DNA from: Chiloscyllium plagiosum
Taxonomy: Eukaryota
DNA length: 52,528 bases
Reading direction: 5' to 3'
NCBI RefSeq assembly: GCF_004010195.1
Contig: NC_057760.1
Coordinates: forward strand, 2,092,386 to 2,144,913
How positions within the stretch are numbered: the stretch's first letter is position 1; each line of letters begins with the position of its first letter. The translations under genes were made by a program, and so were the position numbers. The notes below the pieces were generated by a model. The model saw only the letters and a list, made by a program, of their open reading frames with translations. It did not search any database and was not told the DNA's origin. Shown here one piece after another: positions 48,951 to 52,528 of the stretch.

Positions 48951-50135
48951 CTTTTCAATTCTGCTAAGATTCCTCAAAATCCAGCTGATTGCAGGAACTC
49001 TCAGTTTGCCAACTTGCGGTTCAGAACTGTTCCAAAGAGGAGTCAGATTGGACACAAACCTTTTAACTTGGTTTCTCCTTCCACAGATGCTGCCAGAACC
49101 TGCTGAGTTTCTCCAGTACTTTCTGTTTTCATCAAAAGGTGGTACAATATTTGGAAGGAGTAGAATGAACAAATGTGTGGTGGAAGAGTTAAGTTTTGAG
49201 AATGCTGACAGGAAGAGACATGAGTAGTCATGTCTGGTAAAAGAAAATTAAGGTCTGATAGCAATGTTTTGCCATTGGTAATGGAGTTTAATGGGACAAG
49301 GACAATTCAGAAGAGAAGACTGCAAAGATATGTTTGAGAGAACGTACGCAGTAATTTGCAAATGACAGCAAGCACTTAAAAGTCGAGTGTTCAGGAAGTG
49401 AGGAGCTAGTAGGGAATCAGTGAAGACAGATGATACGCAAACACAAGTACCTGCCTTCACTGGAGCAAAACAATTTACCACAACCAGGCCAATCAGAAGA
49501 CAAGACTGTAGATTCAGACTTTCAAAGAAACCTGCACATCCTAATTCCTCTGCACATTTGATTTTAACAAAAGTCCTCTCCATGAATACCGGGAAGAAAC
49601 TGAGCACACATTCTGGAGCTGCATACTGCAGCAGTGTACACATTATCACAATGACTGAAGAAAAAAAAACCATTCTTTCTAATTGGTGGTCTTTTTGTTT
49701 CATACTAACATGCATTTCACTGAGAGCTGATACAATTGTCGGCTGTTGGAAATCTAACTCTGACTTTGCGCACACTGAGCATTTTACATTTGGAAGAACA
49801 AAAAAACGGATTAGATTCCCTGCTGCAAAAGAGGTATGCCTTTCAGTTTAGCATTGGGTTTTTGGGGTTGTGTAATGAAAGTGCCAATCCAAACCTAGCA
49901 ATTGCTGTTCATTCCTTTACACTTCGGGGAACTATGACCTTTGTTAAAAAGATTGCTAACAGCCAGGTCCTACAATAGAAGGCAAGTACAGAAATCAGAG
50001 TGAAAGGCCATATTATCCATTGTGCCTAGGTGTTCTTTATAGGAAATGAGTGTCTTTCCTTTTATACTATTGGAGAACTTTCCCAATTTATTCTATTCCA
50101 AACCCTTGCGTTGCTCCCAAAGAATACTAAATGCG

Positions 50136-50522
50136 TCAGCTCTGGCTCAGCTAGTAGCACGTTCAGTTTGGAATTATAGGATTGTGGGTTAAAGCTCTAC
50201 TCCAGTGCCTGAGGACAAAAACCAAGGCTGACACTCAAGCGCCAGGTTGTTGTTGAGACATTATATCTCCTCAGTTAGAAGTAAAAGGTCCTGTAGCATT
50301 ATTTCAGAGTGCAAGGGAATTCTCCCCAGTTGATATCTATCCCTCAACTAACACTACAAATTGATGAGCAGTTTATTATCAAACTGTTGTTTGTTGCAGC
50401 TTACTGTGTGCTAAAAAGCTACCCTTTTCTCCCCCCCTCTCATTTTCCAACAGTTATTGTACTTCAGTCACTGTAAAGTGCTTTCAGCCATCCAATGATG
50501 CAAAAGAAATACAAGACTTTTT
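50136..50522 (+). mobile_element. Ancient DeuSINE (SacSINE1/AmnSINE-like); minus-strand fragments also at about 31915-32430 and 32930-33100
   Basis: tRNA head tggctcag.tagtagcac...gtgggtt, body aggctgacact...tatccctcaac...attatc...ctgttg..tg, and tail ctgtaaagtgcttt...aaatacaag. Confidence 0.6.
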
Positions 50523-52312
50523 GAGTTAGGGTACAAATCCACTGGCAGCAAGTGTCTGGGCTTGATACATACACCTAGATGGAAAGTATTAAAATACTCT
50601 TCAGATGAAGGGAGGCATCACAGCCAAGTTGTCTTTCAAGGTCTGTGCCCACAGACACTTGATCAACAAGAAATCACTGAATAAGTGTTCTCTTCCTCTA
50701 GCATTGATACTAAAGCCAACTGTAGTCTTCCACTGCACTACCTTCGTAACAAGATTCTTCCAATTCCCTTGGGTGAAAAGTGAAAAAGTGACCTGCGCTG
50801 AGAAATCTGCTCCAAATTCTCGTGTTGGACATTACAATCTGTCCATAGTGTATAATTCTGTGGAGTCAACCATGGCAACTATCTACAGCATTACATCGTA
50901 CTGTTATTGCACAGGCTCATGTAGCACACCGGTAACATGTTTTCAAACTGATATAACAACACACTTCTTTTAACTCAAGTCACACCCATCACCACTAGCA
51001 GCGACTGTGGTCCAGCTCAAAAGGCGCTCGCCAAAGGTGAATTTCAAAAACAAACTCTAAAACCAGACTTTAAAACCAGATGTTTTGTTCAGTCCAGCAT
51101 GGCACCCGCACTAACTTTTCACAGCGCATTGTGTTTTCCTGAAATCTTAACAGCGGCAAAGGCTATTTTCATCCACTCGCAACTGGGTGTGCAACTTGCG
51201 GTCAATTCATTATCAGTGACATGGGGCTGTTTCTGAAGAAACAAAAAGGGAAATCAGAGAAAGAGCCTACAGCTATGAAAAACACCTCAATTGCAGTGTG
51301 ACAAATTATGTGGAAGATTGAAGTACTACATGACGTACTTTTGATCAAGCTGCTCTGAAAGTACAGCAAAAAAAATTAGCCTACTTCCCATGGAGTATGA
51401 GAGGACATGTCATCCTAACCTATAAACATGCAAATCACTATATAGCAGTGTGGCCACCGCTTAAAAGGTACTTTTGAATCGGTTTAATGCCTTTAATCCT
51501 CAACACGCAGGTTTTTTTGGAGCCATGCTAACACCAAAGCAAAACCACGAAAGTCACGCACCAGCAAGACCAGTTAAATAAATCACAGGTCATCCTGCCA
51601 CACACCTTCACAAGCCTGGTCTATCTACCATGGAACAAAAAAAAATGCTGGAGAAACTCAGCAGGAAAGGCAGTATCTATGGAGAGAACACAACATTAAT
51701 GTTTTGGGTCCAATGACCCTTCTTCAGAACTGACTCAAAACAGTAACTGAGTTTTTCGCTCTCCACAGATGCTGCCAGACCTGCTGAATCGCTCCAGCAA
51801 TTTGTTTTGTTTTGTTTTGTTTCAGATCTTCAGCATCTACAATTCTTTGTTTCGTATTAGTGCTGACCAGACTCATAATATACACATAGAACACACAACA
51901 CCAAATTCAAGAAAAGGGAGAAAATAATACAACTTTTTAAAACGAGAGAAACTGCTTGTTTGGCAGCAACCACTAGTGCGATACTACAAATCAGTTTACA
52001 ACCTAACAATACAAGTGTGCTCATTGTAGTGAGAGTTCTGCACATCCCACCACAGTGGCAGAACCACAAAACACTTGTATCTCTGGACACTGTACTCGGA
52101 AGCAAAGCCATTAACAAAATTTTATCATTTTGGTTTCCTCTATCACCAACAATTTCTGGCATCCATCCAATTTTTTTTAAAAATTTCTTACTAAGTGTTG
52201 TTTCCACAACCGTTTACCCCGTGCACACCAAGGACATATCCTTCTTGAAACACGGCTACACAAAGCTTTGTGTAGTACTAATCAGCCACGATATCACCCA
52301 TACACGGTCAGT

Positions 52313-52512
52313 ATTGCAGAGTTCAAATAATTCCAGAAAATCAAGATGCCTTTCAACCTGACCTGTCTCTTCACATCCACTTAATGAGCCCAAGAGTGGA
52401 GCTGAGAATTGGATTGCAGAGTTCAAATAATTCCAGAAAATCAAGATGCCTTTCAACCTGACCTGTCTCTTCACATCCACTTAATGAGCCCAAGAGTGGA
52501 GCTGAGAATTGG
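52313..52512 (+). repeat. Perfect 2 x 100 bp tandem duplication followed by a G run
   Basis: 52313-52412 is identical to 52413-52512. Confidence 0.95.
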
Positions 52513-52528
52513 TGGGGGGGGGGGGGGG

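Noticed and set aside
49248..49978. 175-aa and 143-aa overlapping ORFs as a nested gene
   Set aside because: No recognisable homology, non-ATG starts, and no supporting gene structure.
11606..52528. RPRD2 exon 1 ([27 protein letters not shown]...) and promoter CpG island
   Set aside because: Not found by eye and no CpG island is present; it probably lies beyond the window end.

Overview
Eukaryotic genomic DNA, almost certainly from a shark. The repeat set (HE1 V-SINEs, HER1/CR1 LINEs, SacSINE-like DeuSINEs) suggests an orectolobiform or bamboo-shark-like genome, which is an inference. The whole window lies inside the RPRD2 gene on the minus strand. Two clear CID-domain coding exons are present (11605-11476, 130 nt; 2195-2095, 101 nt), plus a probable 39-nt symmetric exon (238-200). 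Exon 1 was not found, so about 41 kb (11606-52528) is probably intron 1. The introns are dense with CR1, Rex1/Babar, L1 and L2-type LINE relics, SINEs, a Tigger element, a hAT MITE, solo LTRs and many Penelope-like elements. Nearly all ORFs in the supplied track are TE debris or chance ORFs. The most notable signals are: (1) a 47-nt near-perfect inverted repeat, not recognised as a TE, that brackets RPRD2 exon 2 and could loop out a frameshifting exon, with an ADAR-type A-C mismatch; (2) several families of short, TSD-flanked, palindromic Penelope-derived elements carrying minimal type I hammerhead ribozyme cores; (3) a candidate structure-gated microexon/poison-exon switch just downstream of exon 3; and (4) an intact ERV1-like solo LTR with tandem enhancer-like repeats. 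All calls come from reading the sequence by eye, no searches were run, and TE boundaries are approximate.
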